Virus record (IMG/VR): IMGVR_UViG_3300010401_000009
Coordinates: 1 to 55,357 of that record
DNA from: a virus
Lineage: Duplodnaviria; Caudoviricetes
Length of the DNA: 55,357 nt
Strand: one strand, 5' to 3'
The position numbers were made by a program, and so were the translations under genes. Below are positions 9,106 to 17,621 of the stretch, piece by piece; position 1 is the first letter of the stretch, and the number at the start of each line of letters is the position of its first letter. The notes beneath the pieces were generated by a model that made no database searches, was not told the DNA's origin, and saw nothing but the letters and a program-made list of their open reading frames with translations.

Positions 9106-9933
9106 ATGGAAGATTTCGCTGATGACCCCAATTCCTACGAGGAACCCACCCCGGCTCCTCCACCGAACATCACCCAGTACCTCGAGAGGCTGATCGGCTG
9201 GGGGCCGGAGCATGCGTCAGCCGTTGCGCGCGCAGCTGCTGCCGTCGAGCTGGCTCGCCAGCGACTCTCGCACCTGGCGCTGTTTGGCCCCGGCGACCTC
9301 GTTCCGATCGCGATGTCCATCCATCGACGCTCGCTCGGCGGTGAGCGTCCGTTCGTGGTGGTTGACCCCCGGCGTCTGGTAGACCCATGCTGCGGACGAT
9401 CACAGGCGCGCGCCATGCCGACCCTCGCAGCTGCCATGGACGCGGCGCAGGGGGGCACGGTGTGCATTCGCGCGGTCCGGATCCCGCGCGACTGGTACAC
9501 GGCGAGCGGCCGACTCGCCGACCCGCGCGACGATGTCAGGCTGATGGTGGCTTACCCGCCGACCCGCCTCGGAGACCTCGAACTCGCGCGGCCGTCACCC
9601 ATCGTCATCGCTCCGCTGGCCGGCCGTGACATCGCTCGGCTCATCGACGAGTACGCCGAAGAGGCGCGCGCCGACCTCGACATGCCGGCACCGGTCACCG
9701 CGGATCAGCGCGTCTGGATCACCGAGTTCTGCCACGACCACAACGCCGTCGAGGTGGCCGTGCGCCGATTCATCGCGCTTTCGTGCACGAGCGGCGTGTG
9801 CGATGCGGCCTACCACCTCGGGATGGCCCCGGTATCGCTCTCGAGGTGGATGAGGCGCCGGGGGCTGACCGTGCGAGCGGTGACCGGGCTCGACCCCTTG
9901 CCCGGCGCCCCGGGCCATAACACCGACACGTAG
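9106..9933 (+). CDS. Degenerate sigma54 enhancer-binding-protein-like (NtrC-type AAA+ remnant plus Fis-type HTH)
   Basis: AGGAGG RBS. IAMSIHRRS, RPFVVVD, AAQGGTVCI, DVRLMV, IVIAPLAGRDIARLIDEY and AAYHLGMAPVSLSRWMRR align by eye with bEBP blocks. Walker A Lys, Walker B DE and GAFTGA are absent. Confidence 0.75.
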   Translation: MEDFADDPNSYEEPTPAPPPNITQYLERLIGWGPEHASAVARAAAAVELARQRLSHLALFGPGDLVPIAMSIHRRSLGGERPFVVVDPRRLVDPCCGRSQARAMPTLAAAMDAAQGGTVCIRAVRIPRDWYTASGRLADPRDDVRLMVAYPPTRLGDLELARPSPIVIAPLAGRDIARLIDEYAEEARADLDMPAPVTADQRVWITEFCHDHNAVEVAVRRFIALSCTSGVCDAAYHLGMAPVSLSRWMRRRGLTVRAVTGLDPLPGAPGHNTDT

Positions 9934-10176
9934 AACTCCGGACATGGCGCGCGCATGCGCCGCGAGCGCCTGAGCGCGCAGCGGCATGCACTCGATGTCA
10001 TGCCGGGTGGTTGCGCCTGCGTTGCTCTGGCGCGCTACGAGCATCTCCGATGCGGCATGAGCGCCCGCCAGGCCGCCACACCAACGCGCTCGCAAGGAGA
10101 CCAGCGATCGCGCCACCAAGACGACTCGGCGGGCCAGAGCACCATGCCACGCAACCGCGGTCGTGGGGTAGCGCAT

Positions 10177-10431
10177 TCAGCGCTTGGCGCCACCGATCTC
10201 GGGCGCCGGCGCGATGGCCACGTCGAGCGCGTCAACCTCGGAGAGCAACGCCCTGACGTGCGCGCGGCCGGAAGTCAGGCACAGGAACCGCGGCAGCAAA
10301 CGACGCGTCTCGGCGCACGATCTGCAGTGCTCGCCTTCGGAGTCGACGAACTCGGCCGCGCAATCCCTGCATCTGCGCGTGACCGGTCGAGACCGCGCCG
10401 TCGCCACAGCATCTTCGTCGGCTACCGACAT
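10177..10431 (-). CDS. Small Cys-rich hypothetical protein
   Basis: CRDC...CRSC motifs in an 84-aa ORF. Confidence 0.45.
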   Translation of the reverse strand: MSVADEDAVATARSRPVTRRCRDCAAEFVDSEGEHCRSCAETRRLLPRFLCLTSGRAHVRALLSEVDALDVAIAPAPEIGGAKR

Positions 10432-10691
10432 CGTATCCAGTGTACAGGTTCCGGGGAAGCGGCGCGGCTCCCTGTCCGGTGGTGCGAGGTATCACGCCTC
10501 ACCGCACACCGCGCCGCTTTCCCGACTGTGCAACGGTGCCACTACCGATCACGTAATCCAATCCGGAATGACAGTCTCACCTTTGCCGTTGCATGGCCGG
10601 TGACGTTTTGTTGTAGTGCGCGCGGGCGCCACGGCGCCCTATCAACATGGCGGCTTTCCCTAGCCGCCCTCACAAGGAAAGGTATCGACGT

Positions 10692-11642
10692 ATGAGAAGA
10701 CTGTGTTTCGCGTTCCTGTTTTCGTTGTTTTGTAGCGCAGCATCAGGTGGTTGCGACCAGCTGAGCGATGACCCGGCCAGCTCTCAGGTGGTAGCGGCTG
10801 ACACCTCGAGCGGGTTCACGATCAACCCGGCGTCGGGGTGGCCAGATCCCGGCCAGGGCCAGAACTGGATCCGGCTCGCTAGCACCGTGACCGGGACCGG
10901 CGCGTGGAACGTCGGGCTGTCCCTTCCGGTGGGTATCACAGTTCCCCAGATCGCCACCAGCATCATCGACAGCTCGACGTCCGACGTCGTGATGATGCTC
11001 GTGAGCTACTCGGGCGCCAGCCTCACGACCTTCACGATCCTCGGCCAGGCCAACTCCAACGGCACGGGCGCGCAGACGCTGATCATCCCCGGCGGCCACG
11101 TCGTGACCTCGACCGACAGCCTCGTGATCCGGTTCACCACGCCGGGGTCGACTTCGACACCAACCGTAGGCGCTATCGGGGTGGGTGCCATACCTGCGCT
11201 GGCATCGACCAAGCGAGTTCACATCAACGCTGCAGCAGCCGCCACGAACACTGACGCGCCCGCTGCTATCCTGGGTGCGGGTACCACGTGGTATGTAACC
11301 AATCCAACACGCCTATTCTACCCTCTATCGATGGCCACAGGAGATCGCATTACTGGATACCGAGTGTGGGCTGGTAAGTTCAGCGATCTTCACACGGTGC
11401 TCTGCGCCAGGCTATTTCGCTCAGACTCAAGCCTAACGGTGTCGGGTAACGGCGGTAACACCGTAGAGGTAAATAAGCAGTGTTCATCGGCCTCATCTCC
11501 AGGAGCGATCACACTTGGCGCAGACACGATCAGCGAGGTGGTTGGCGACGGCGCATCGTACAGTATATCCGTAGACTCAAGCAGTGGATCGGCTGTCGAT
11601 ATGTTCGGAGATGCCGAGCTAACGTTCGCAACGTCGCCTTAG
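10692..11642 (+). CDS. Predicted lipoprotein with beta-rich domain(s) paralogous to the tail-fibre C-terminus
   Basis: AAGGAAAGG RBS; MRRLCFAFLFSLFCSAASGGC lipobox-like signal; shares PGAITLG and flanking pattern with 11639..12736. Confidence 0.75.
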   Translation: MRRLCFAFLFSLFCSAASGGCDQLSDDPASSQVVAADTSSGFTINPASGWPDPGQGQNWIRLASTVTGTGAWNVGLSLPVGITVPQIATSIIDSSTSDVVMMLVSYSGASLTTFTILGQANSNGTGAQTLIIPGGHVVTSTDSLVIRFTTPGSTSTPTVGAIGVGAIPALASTKRVHINAAAAATNTDAPAAILGAGTTWYVTNPTRLFYPLSMATGDRITGYRVWAGKFSDLHTVLCARLFRSDSSLTVSGNGGNTVEVNKQCSSASSPGAITLGADTISEVVGDGASYSISVDSSSGSAVDMFGDAELTFATSP

Positions 11643-12736
11643 CCGATCGACCATCCGAGTAATTTATCACCGGTGGCAACGCCGCCACCGGCAGTTTCAA
11701 TCTCTAGCACATGGTTGGCGGATACAGTGAACGTTCCGGTTGTGCCGAGCGTGATTGCGCCCGGGGCGTTGGCGTTGTTAGACGCAGTGGCAAGCTGCGT
11801 GCGCACGTTGGTCGACATGTTCTTGTCCCAAAGCGTTGCAGTCAACGTGGTTGCGTTGCTGGTCGCCTTGTTGAAGAACACAGACCACGTTGTCGCTACA
11901 CGACCTGCCGTGAGATTTACTGGGCAGAGGATTTGTTGCGCGCCGACACTGAGGTCAATGAACTCACCGGTTACGCCGTTAGCCTTAGTGAAGGTGTATC
12001 CAGCACCTGATGCGAATATAGCTTCACCGGCAGCGTGGGGCTCCTGCCCAACGAATCCGATGATGCCGGTCGCATCGACCTGCAGAGGTATCGGGCCGGA
12101 TGGCAGCGCACCAGGTAGCGTGAGCTGGAACGTGCTCGCCAGCCCGGCCGGCGCCTTGATCGTCACCGAGTTGGTTGGTGCGGGGGTGTTTCCCACCCCG
12201 AGGAACTCGAAGAAGCTGATGTCCGAGGTCCGCTGCTTCGCGAACTGGCGCACCCCGGCGCCGGTCTGCTGCTGGAACAGGTAGGCGTCCAACGCATCGA
12301 CGAACGAGACCAGCGCGCCGACGCCGTTGTAGTCGCCCCCGATCCCCCCGGTGAAGGCGTTGATGTTCATCGCGGCGCCCAAGGTCAGCTGCACGTTGGC
12401 GCCCACCTGCGTGCGCCAGTAGAGCTCGCCGGAGATGGTCCCCGACGTCCCGTCGCCCACGAACAGAGACCCGTTGAGGCCGATGGGCGGCGGCACCGTG
12501 GCGAACGCGATGGCCTTCAGCCCCGTGAACGCCCGCTTGTTACCCCCGGCGTCGAACATCGGGAAGTCGGCGTCGGGGTTGATGGTCGAGAGCTGGATCC
12601 GCGCCCCGGCCCCCGGCGCGTGGCTGTGGGCGTCGATCGCCAAGAACATCGCATCGAGCAGGACATCCCAGACGTCGCCGTCGCCATGGTCGGTCGGCCG
12701 GATCAATCCCATGTTGGGTGTAGCAGGCTGTGGCAT
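11639..12736 (-). CDS. Tail fibre / receptor-binding-like virion protein
   Basis: TPNMGLIRP...IDAHSH N-terminal anchor pattern typical of fibres; lies in the tail module; AT-richer C-terminal domain. Confidence 0.65.
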   Translation of the reverse strand: MPQPATPNMGLIRPTDHGDGDVWDVLLDAMFLAIDAHSHAPGAGARIQLSTINPDADFPMFDAGGNKRAFTGLKAIAFATVPPPIGLNGSLFVGDGTSGTISGELYWRTQVGANVQLTLGAAMNINAFTGGIGGDYNGVGALVSFVDALDAYLFQQQTGAGVRQFAKQRTSDISFFEFLGVGNTPAPTNSVTIKAPAGLASTFQLTLPGALPSGPIPLQVDATGIIGFVGQEPHAAGEAIFASGAGYTFTKANGVTGEFIDLSVGAQQILCPVNLTAGRVATTWSVFFNKATSNATTLTATLWDKNMSTNVRTQLATASNNANAPGAITLGTTGTFTVSANHVLEIETAGGGVATGDKLLGWSIG

Positions 12737-12746
12737 AGCTGGCTCC

Positions 12747-13001
12747 TCAGGAGGTTGGCCCGCCCCACACCGTGATCACGGCATCGGGCGGGATGGGGTC
12801 GTTGAGCTCGAGGGATAGAGCGCGCGCGGCATCGATGATCGCTGCGGTGGTGCCGGCGACGTCGAGCCCCATGGTGATCTGCGCGGTGCCAGAGCCGAAC
12901 TGCTGCCGGCCGTCCATGAACCAGCGGAGCTGCACCTGGCACTTCCCCGGCTCCGCGCCGAAGCTCCCGCCGATCTGCACGACCTGGATGATCACGAGCA
13001 T
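12747..13001 (-). CDS. Small hypothetical protein of the tail module
   Basis: GGAG RBS, ATG 13001 (MLVIIQVVQIG...), 84 aa. Confidence 0.6.
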   Translation of the reverse strand: MLVIIQVVQIGGSFGAEPGKCQVQLRWFMDGRQQFGSGTAQITMGLDVAGTTAAIIDAARALSLELNDPIPPDAVITVWGGPTS

Positions 13002-13009
13002 GAGGTCTC

Positions 13010-13834
13010 CTAGCTGTAGGGCACGAGGATGAATCCGCCGGCCGCGCCGGCGCCGCCGGCGGCGCTGACACCGCCACCACCACCGCCGCCGAGCCCGGTC
13101 GTGGGCGCAGCCTGTCCCGTTCCTGAGGCGACGGCGACGCCGCCGGGCCCGAGGTCGGTCGCACCGCCCGCCCCCGACCACCCGGCGACACCGGGGTCAC
13201 CGAATGACGATCCTCCGAGCCCGTACGTGATGATCCCTCCGGGGCCGGTACCGCCAGCGGGTACGCTGCTGATCGCGCTGTTGATCCCGGCAGCAGATGC
13301 CACGCCGCCACCAGGACCTCCACCGCCGAAGGTGTAGGTCACGCCATTGATCGTGATCGTACTCGGCCCGCCGAAACTCCCGCTCGATCCCGCGGCGCTG
13401 CCCCCGCCCCCACCGGCCCCCGAGGTCCACGTGATCGCCAGCGAGGCCAGCGGAACGCCGGGCGTCCCGATCCACTGGTCCATCTTCGCACCGCTCGAGC
13501 CGCCGGCCGCCGCGCCACCCACGACAGCTCCCCCGCCACCGCCACCGCCACCGATGCCGGTCAGATGCACGACGCACGTCCCCGCGGGCAGCGTGTCGCT
13601 GCCGCTCGCGGTGAGCACCATGGCAGCGGCCAGCAGGCGGCCAGACGTCGGCACCGCTGCCGCGGCGCTCGCGGCGGCGTCAGCCGAAGTTTGCGCGGCC
13701 ACCCCGACCGCGAGCGCCTGCTGCATCGACGGACCGATGTGCTGGAGCGCGCGCTGCGTGTCGTCGTCGGTGCTCACGCGCGGCAGGAGCATCGCAGCGC
13801 CGGGTGGTGGCCGGCTCGGCGGCAGCGCCGGCAT
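13010..13834 (-). CDS. Glycine-rich tail/fibre protein
   Basis: TGATG coupling at 13834; IGGGGGGGG...GGGGGGG...GAGAAGGFILV Gly-rich domain typical of phage fibre proteins. Confidence 0.7.
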   Translation of the reverse strand: MPALPPSRPPPGAAMLLPRVSTDDDTQRALQHIGPSMQQALAVGVAAQTSADAAASAAAAVPTSGRLLAAAMVLTASGSDTLPAGTCVVHLTGIGGGGGGGGAVVGGAAAGGSSGAKMDQWIGTPGVPLASLAITWTSGAGGGGGSAAGSSGSFGGPSTITINGVTYTFGGGGPGGGVASAAGINSAISSVPAGGTGPGGIITYGLGGSSFGDPGVAGWSGAGGATDLGPGGVAVASGTGQAAPTTGLGGGGGGGVSAAGGAGAAGGFILVPYS

Positions 13835-14535
13835 CAGAACAGGTCGTCTTCCCAGCCGGGCCCGATGCGCTCGTGGCGCGGGCCGGCCGGGTCGAGGTAG
13901 AAGGGCTCCCCCTGGTCGCGGTTGCCCGCGTCCGTGCGAAGTCCAGACATGCCCTCTGCGATCTTCCGGTCGCCCGGCGTCGGGTCGAGCTCGGAACGGA
14001 ATAGCGTCTCGCGGTACGCGTACGCCACCACCAGCATCTCCTCGCTCGGGACGTCGAACGTGATCGCCGTGGGGTCCGTCGTGCTCGCGAACTGCGGAGC
14101 GGTCGGGATCCAGAAGATCCGACCCGTGCCCGCCGGCGGGACCGGCACGAAGATCAGGTTGCCGGCCTGCAGCCGGTATCGTAGCCGCGCCACCGTCGTG
14201 GACGGCACCGCGCTCCACCGGTGCGCCGCATCGATGTCGTGCGGCGGGCACTTGCGGAACCGCACGCCGTCCGAGCTCACGTCGAGGTGACGGAGCTCGA
14301 AGAAGTTGGGTGCGATCGTTGCGAGCGCGTACGTGTCCACGCCCGCGACGATCGGAAAGTTCGCCTGCAAGGTGTAGTAGTCCTTGTAGGCATTGGTCAT
14401 CGCCCGGTAGCCAACGATCAGCCCGTAGTTGATGTACTGCAGTAGCTTGTCGGGCGTGATGTCCGACGATCCCTCCCACCCGCCGAGTTGCTGAACGGCG
14501 AGTGAGAGCTGAGCGAAGGTCCGGGTGTAGGCCAC
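13834..14535 (-). CDS. Head-tail adaptor (P22 gp4 / T7 gp11-like)
   Basis: 233 aa; position after the capsid genes; LLQYINYG, GVDTYAL and RYRLQAGNLIFVPVP patterns. Confidence 0.6.
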   Translation of the reverse strand: MAYTRTFAQLSLAVQQLGGWEGSSDITPDKLLQYINYGLIVGYRAMTNAYKDYYTLQANFPIVAGVDTYALATIAPNFFELRHLDVSSDGVRFRKCPPHDIDAAHRWSAVPSTTVARLRYRLQAGNLIFVPVPPAGTGRIFWIPTAPQFASTTDPTAITFDVPSEEMLVVAYAYRETLFRSELDPTPGDRKIAEGMSGLRTDAGNRDQGEPFYLDPAGPRHERIGPGWEDDLF

Positions 14536-14543
14536 GGTTTACC

Positions 14544-14966
14544 TCAGTAGGTCGGCTTGACCTTCTGGCCGAAGATCGTGAAGGTCACGAAGTCGGTGGC
14601 CGCCAGGTCGGTAGCCACCAGGCCATCGGCGTTCAACACGCTGAAGCTGATGGTCTGCGTCGAGTTGTTGTAGTCCTGGATCTGGACCTTCTTCCCATCG
14701 GTTCCGGCCAGCGTCGGGATTATCTCGATGACGTGGCCGGTGACGTCGCGCAGCTTCGCCGTGTACACGCCGGCACCGCTGCGCGCGATGTCCGCAGCCG
14801 TCGTGCTCACAAAGTTGTTGCTGGCGAACATGAAGCCCTTCCACGACGTGTTTGAAAACGTCGTGGGGGCTCGGACGGGGGCAGCCGCGCCGGCGCCCTG
14901 CACCTTCGCGAAGAAGATGACGAGCTCGGCGGGCATTCCATATGCTGGGTTCTCACTCTGCTGCAT
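14544..14966 (-). CDS. Probable capsid decoration/cement protein
   Basis: 140-aa beta-rich ORF immediately after the major capsid gene. Confidence 0.45.
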   Translation of the reverse strand: MQQSENPAYGMPAELVIFFAKVQGAGAAAPVRAPTTFSNTSWKGFMFASNNFVSTTAADIARSGAGVYTAKLRDVTGHVIEIIPTLAGTDGKKVQIQDYNNSTQTISFSVLNADGLVATDLAATDFVTFTIFGQKVKPTY

Positions 14967-14975
14967 GGCGATACC

Positions 14976-16235
14976 TCACGGAAGGATGATCACGCAGTTG
15001 TATCCGGGGGCCTTGCAACTGAAGTTGAAGTACTCCCCCACGCGCGCCTCGTAGGAGTCGGATGCCTCTGACACCTTGATGATCGACCCCGCGCGCTTCT
15101 GGAGGAAGTTCGGCGCGGGGCCCGCGCTGAACATGCACCAGCTCGACCATGTGAGGACGTAGATGCGCTTCAGCGGGCAGCACCGGTCCGTATAGATGGT
15201 CAGGTCATGGCCGTTGAGGTTGACGCTGAACCCCTTGTAGCCAATCGTGGTCATCTTCGTCCCGTCGTACGCGACCGGAGACGTCGTGATCCACTTGCCC
15301 TCCATCTGCTTGGTGAGCGTCCCGAACTGCACCGGGTTCATCCAGACGACGTCGGGGTCACCCGAGATGTTGTCGACGAGCGCTACCGCATCCACGAGCA
15401 GGTTGGCGATGCTCTGACCCGCAGTTCCGGTGATGCGCACGCCGCCCAGGAACTCGGTCTCCGCCGTGCGGTCGACGCCATAGAACAGCGTCGAGGTGGG
15501 AGCCGTGTCGGGAACCCAGTCGGATAGTCCGCTGGGCGCGAGTGCGGTTCCGCCATTCTGACCATCGCCGTTCAGGTACACGAAGTCCGTGTTGACCATA
15601 GCGGCGATGCCCGCGGTACCGTTGCCCGTTAGGGTAAATGCGCCGGTGGCGCGCGTGACCGTCGCGATCGTCACGGTGCCGGCGCGGAGAGCGCTTCCGA
15701 GCGTCGCCGAGGCCTGCAGAATCTCGCCCTGCCGCACGCCCCACACCGAGCTGATGTCGGCGAACACGAGGTTCGGTGTGGCGACGTTACACGCACCGTC
15801 GAGCGCTCCGATCTCTCCGGCCTGAGACCGGAAGAAGCGAAAGTTGATGTAGTTGCCCTCGGCCTCGATGGCGTTGTCGAACTCGTCGAACGCGCTCTCG
15901 AACGCGTCCTCGTCTCCGGTCGCGGTCGCCTCGATGGCCTGGTTGTCGACGCGCGCCAGACGATAATGCGCCCGGCGAGACACCAGGAATGCCTTGTAGC
16001 TAGAGGTGTTGTTCGCCGCGTTCGTCACCGCGGTCGAGAACGTCGAACTCCCGCCCCCCGGCAAGGCGATCATGATGGGCTGCACCCATTCACGACCACC
16101 GGCGTTGGTCTTCTTCTGGCTCTTGGCGAGCATCCCGGTCGCCTTATTGCGCTGCATCGCCATGCGGGCGAGCTCGAACGGCGAGTAGTGCTCCTTGATG
16201 ACTGGGTCGAGTACGGTCAGATCTGTGACGGCCAT
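14976..16235 (-). CDS. Major capsid protein
   Basis: 419 aa after portal and scaffold; VIKEHY, GLSDWVP...LFYGVDRT and C-terminal YFNFSCKAPGYN patterns resemble podoviral HK97-fold capsids. Confidence 0.8.
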   Translation of the reverse strand: MAVTDLTVLDPVIKEHYSPFELARMAMQRNKATGMLAKSQKKTNAGGREWVQPIMIALPGGGSSTFSTAVTNAANNTSSYKAFLVSRRAHYRLARVDNQAIEATATGDEDAFESAFDEFDNAIEAEGNYINFRFFRSQAGEIGALDGACNVATPNLVFADISSVWGVRQGEILQASATLGSALRAGTVTIATVTRATGAFTLTGNGTAGIAAMVNTDFVYLNGDGQNGGTALAPSGLSDWVPDTAPTSTLFYGVDRTAETEFLGGVRITGTAGQSIANLLVDAVALVDNISGDPDVVWMNPVQFGTLTKQMEGKWITTSPVAYDGTKMTTIGYKGFSVNLNGHDLTIYTDRCCPLKRIYVLTWSSWCMFSAGPAPNFLQKRAGSIIKVSEASDSYEARVGEYFNFSCKAPGYNCVIILP

Positions 16236-16253
16236 GGGTCAGGTCCTCGTGGG

Positions 16254-17621
16254 TCAGGTTGTGGGTTGCCCGGACCGCTGCACCGCCTCGTTCCGCGCGC
16301 GGATCTTCGCGAGGGTGGCGCGGCGCGCCGCCTTCGCATCGGTGATCGCGTCGGACGGGTCGCGGGGCTGTAGCTCCGGCTTCGCTGCGGGCGTCGGTGC
16401 GGGACCTGGTGCACCACCTGGTGACGCGCTCTGCTGCGGTTTCGCGGGAGCCGCGGGCTGGGCTGGCTTCGCCGGCGGCGCGGCCGCGGGCGTAAAGAGA
16501 GACTGGATGCGGGCCGCGCGCTTGGCGAAGGCCTCGGCCTGCGCGCGATAGTAGTCGTCGGCGTACTTCACGGCGCTCGCGAGGTCAGGCTTCTGTCCGA
16601 GCTTCTGCTGCTCCTTCATGACCTCGTACACGATGACCGCCGGCTCAATTCCCCCGGTGATCTCGCGGTCGTGCAGGAAGCGGTACTGCGCCGCGGTCGG
16701 AGCGATCACCTCGCCGACCCGCTGCACGTACGCGAGTTCCTGCTGCTTGGTCTCGCGGGCGGTACGCTCCTCGGATGCCTTCTTCTCCGCGGCGGCCTCG
16801 CGATCCTTCAGCGCGCGCTCGCGCTTGTCTACGTCGGTCGCGTAGACCTTGACCATCCGCGTGGCCCGGCGCGCGTTCATACCCGTCACGTGCTCGTCCG
16901 GCACTCCGATCTTAAGGCCCTTCACAGACAGGTCGGTGATCAGGTCGGCGACCGCGGTCTTGAGGTCGTTGTCGTCGGTGATCCCGTACGTGTCCTTCAG
17001 CCATGCGATGGTCGCGCCGCCCGGGTCGTCGATCAGCTTGCGGCGGTCGGGCAGCAGAGCCTCGCGTTCCGCCAGCGCGGCTTCTCGCGCGGCGATCGCC
17101 TGCTCTCGCTCGGCCAGCTTGGGGTCGGGCGACGCCGGCGGCGACGCCGCGGGAGCCGGATCGGCTTGTAGTGGAAGATCGGGCAGCTCGGGGAACCCGG
17201 GAGGCGGGGTGACCGGCGCTGCGTCGGCCACATCCGGCTGCGCTTGGGTCGCTGCCGCGGGTACTGCGGGAGAAGCGGTCATCGCTGCAGGATCTGCCGC
17301 CCGCAAGGTCGGCGCCGGCGCATGCTCCATCGGCTGTAGGTCGTCCGCCATGTCGGCTCCCACGCCCCCCTTGGCCGCGAGCTGGCGGAACAGCGCGCGC
17401 GACTTGCCAGACCACACGCGCGGCGCCTTGGGGCCCGGCTGGGGTCCGGCGGCCTCGTCATCCTGGCCTGGGGGCAGACCGATCTTCTCTGCTGCATCGG
17501 CAGATGACGCCGGATCCGATGCAGTGGCGGCCTTGCCGGCCGGTGACGCCTCGACGCTCGCCTCCGCGTTGTTGCTGGCCGGCTCGATCGCCGGCTCGTA
17601 TCCTTCGAGATCGTCGCTCAT
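16254..17621 (-). CDS. Scaffolding protein
   Basis: Acidic, Pro/Ala-rich, coiled-coil ORF between portal and capsid, with a basic C-terminal helix. Confidence 0.7.
   Translation of the reverse strand: MSDDLEGYEPAIEPASNNAEASVEASPAGKAATASDPASSADAAEKIGLPPGQDDEAAGPQPGPKAPRVWSGKSRALFRQLAAKGGVGADMADDLQPMEHAPAPTLRAADPAAMTASPAVPAAATQAQPDVADAAPVTPPPGFPELPDLPLQADPAPAASPPASPDPKLAEREQAIAAREAALAEREALLPDRRKLIDDPGGATIAWLKDTYGITDDNDLKTAVADLITDLSVKGLKIGVPDEHVTGMNARRATRMVKVYATDVDKRERALKDREAAAEKKASEERTARETKQQELAYVQRVGEVIAPTAAQYRFLHDREITGGIEPAVIVYEVMKEQQKLGQKPDLASAVKYADDYYRAQAEAFAKRAARIQSLFTPAAAPPAKPAQPAAPAKPQQSASPGGAPGPAPTPAAKPELQPRDPSDAITDAKAARRATLAKIRARNEAVQRSGQPTT

Noticed and set aside
10692-12736. Mu-like invertible tail-fibre cassette
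   Set aside because: The convergent paralogous tips suggest it, but I found no flanking inverted repeats by eye and no invertase in the genome.
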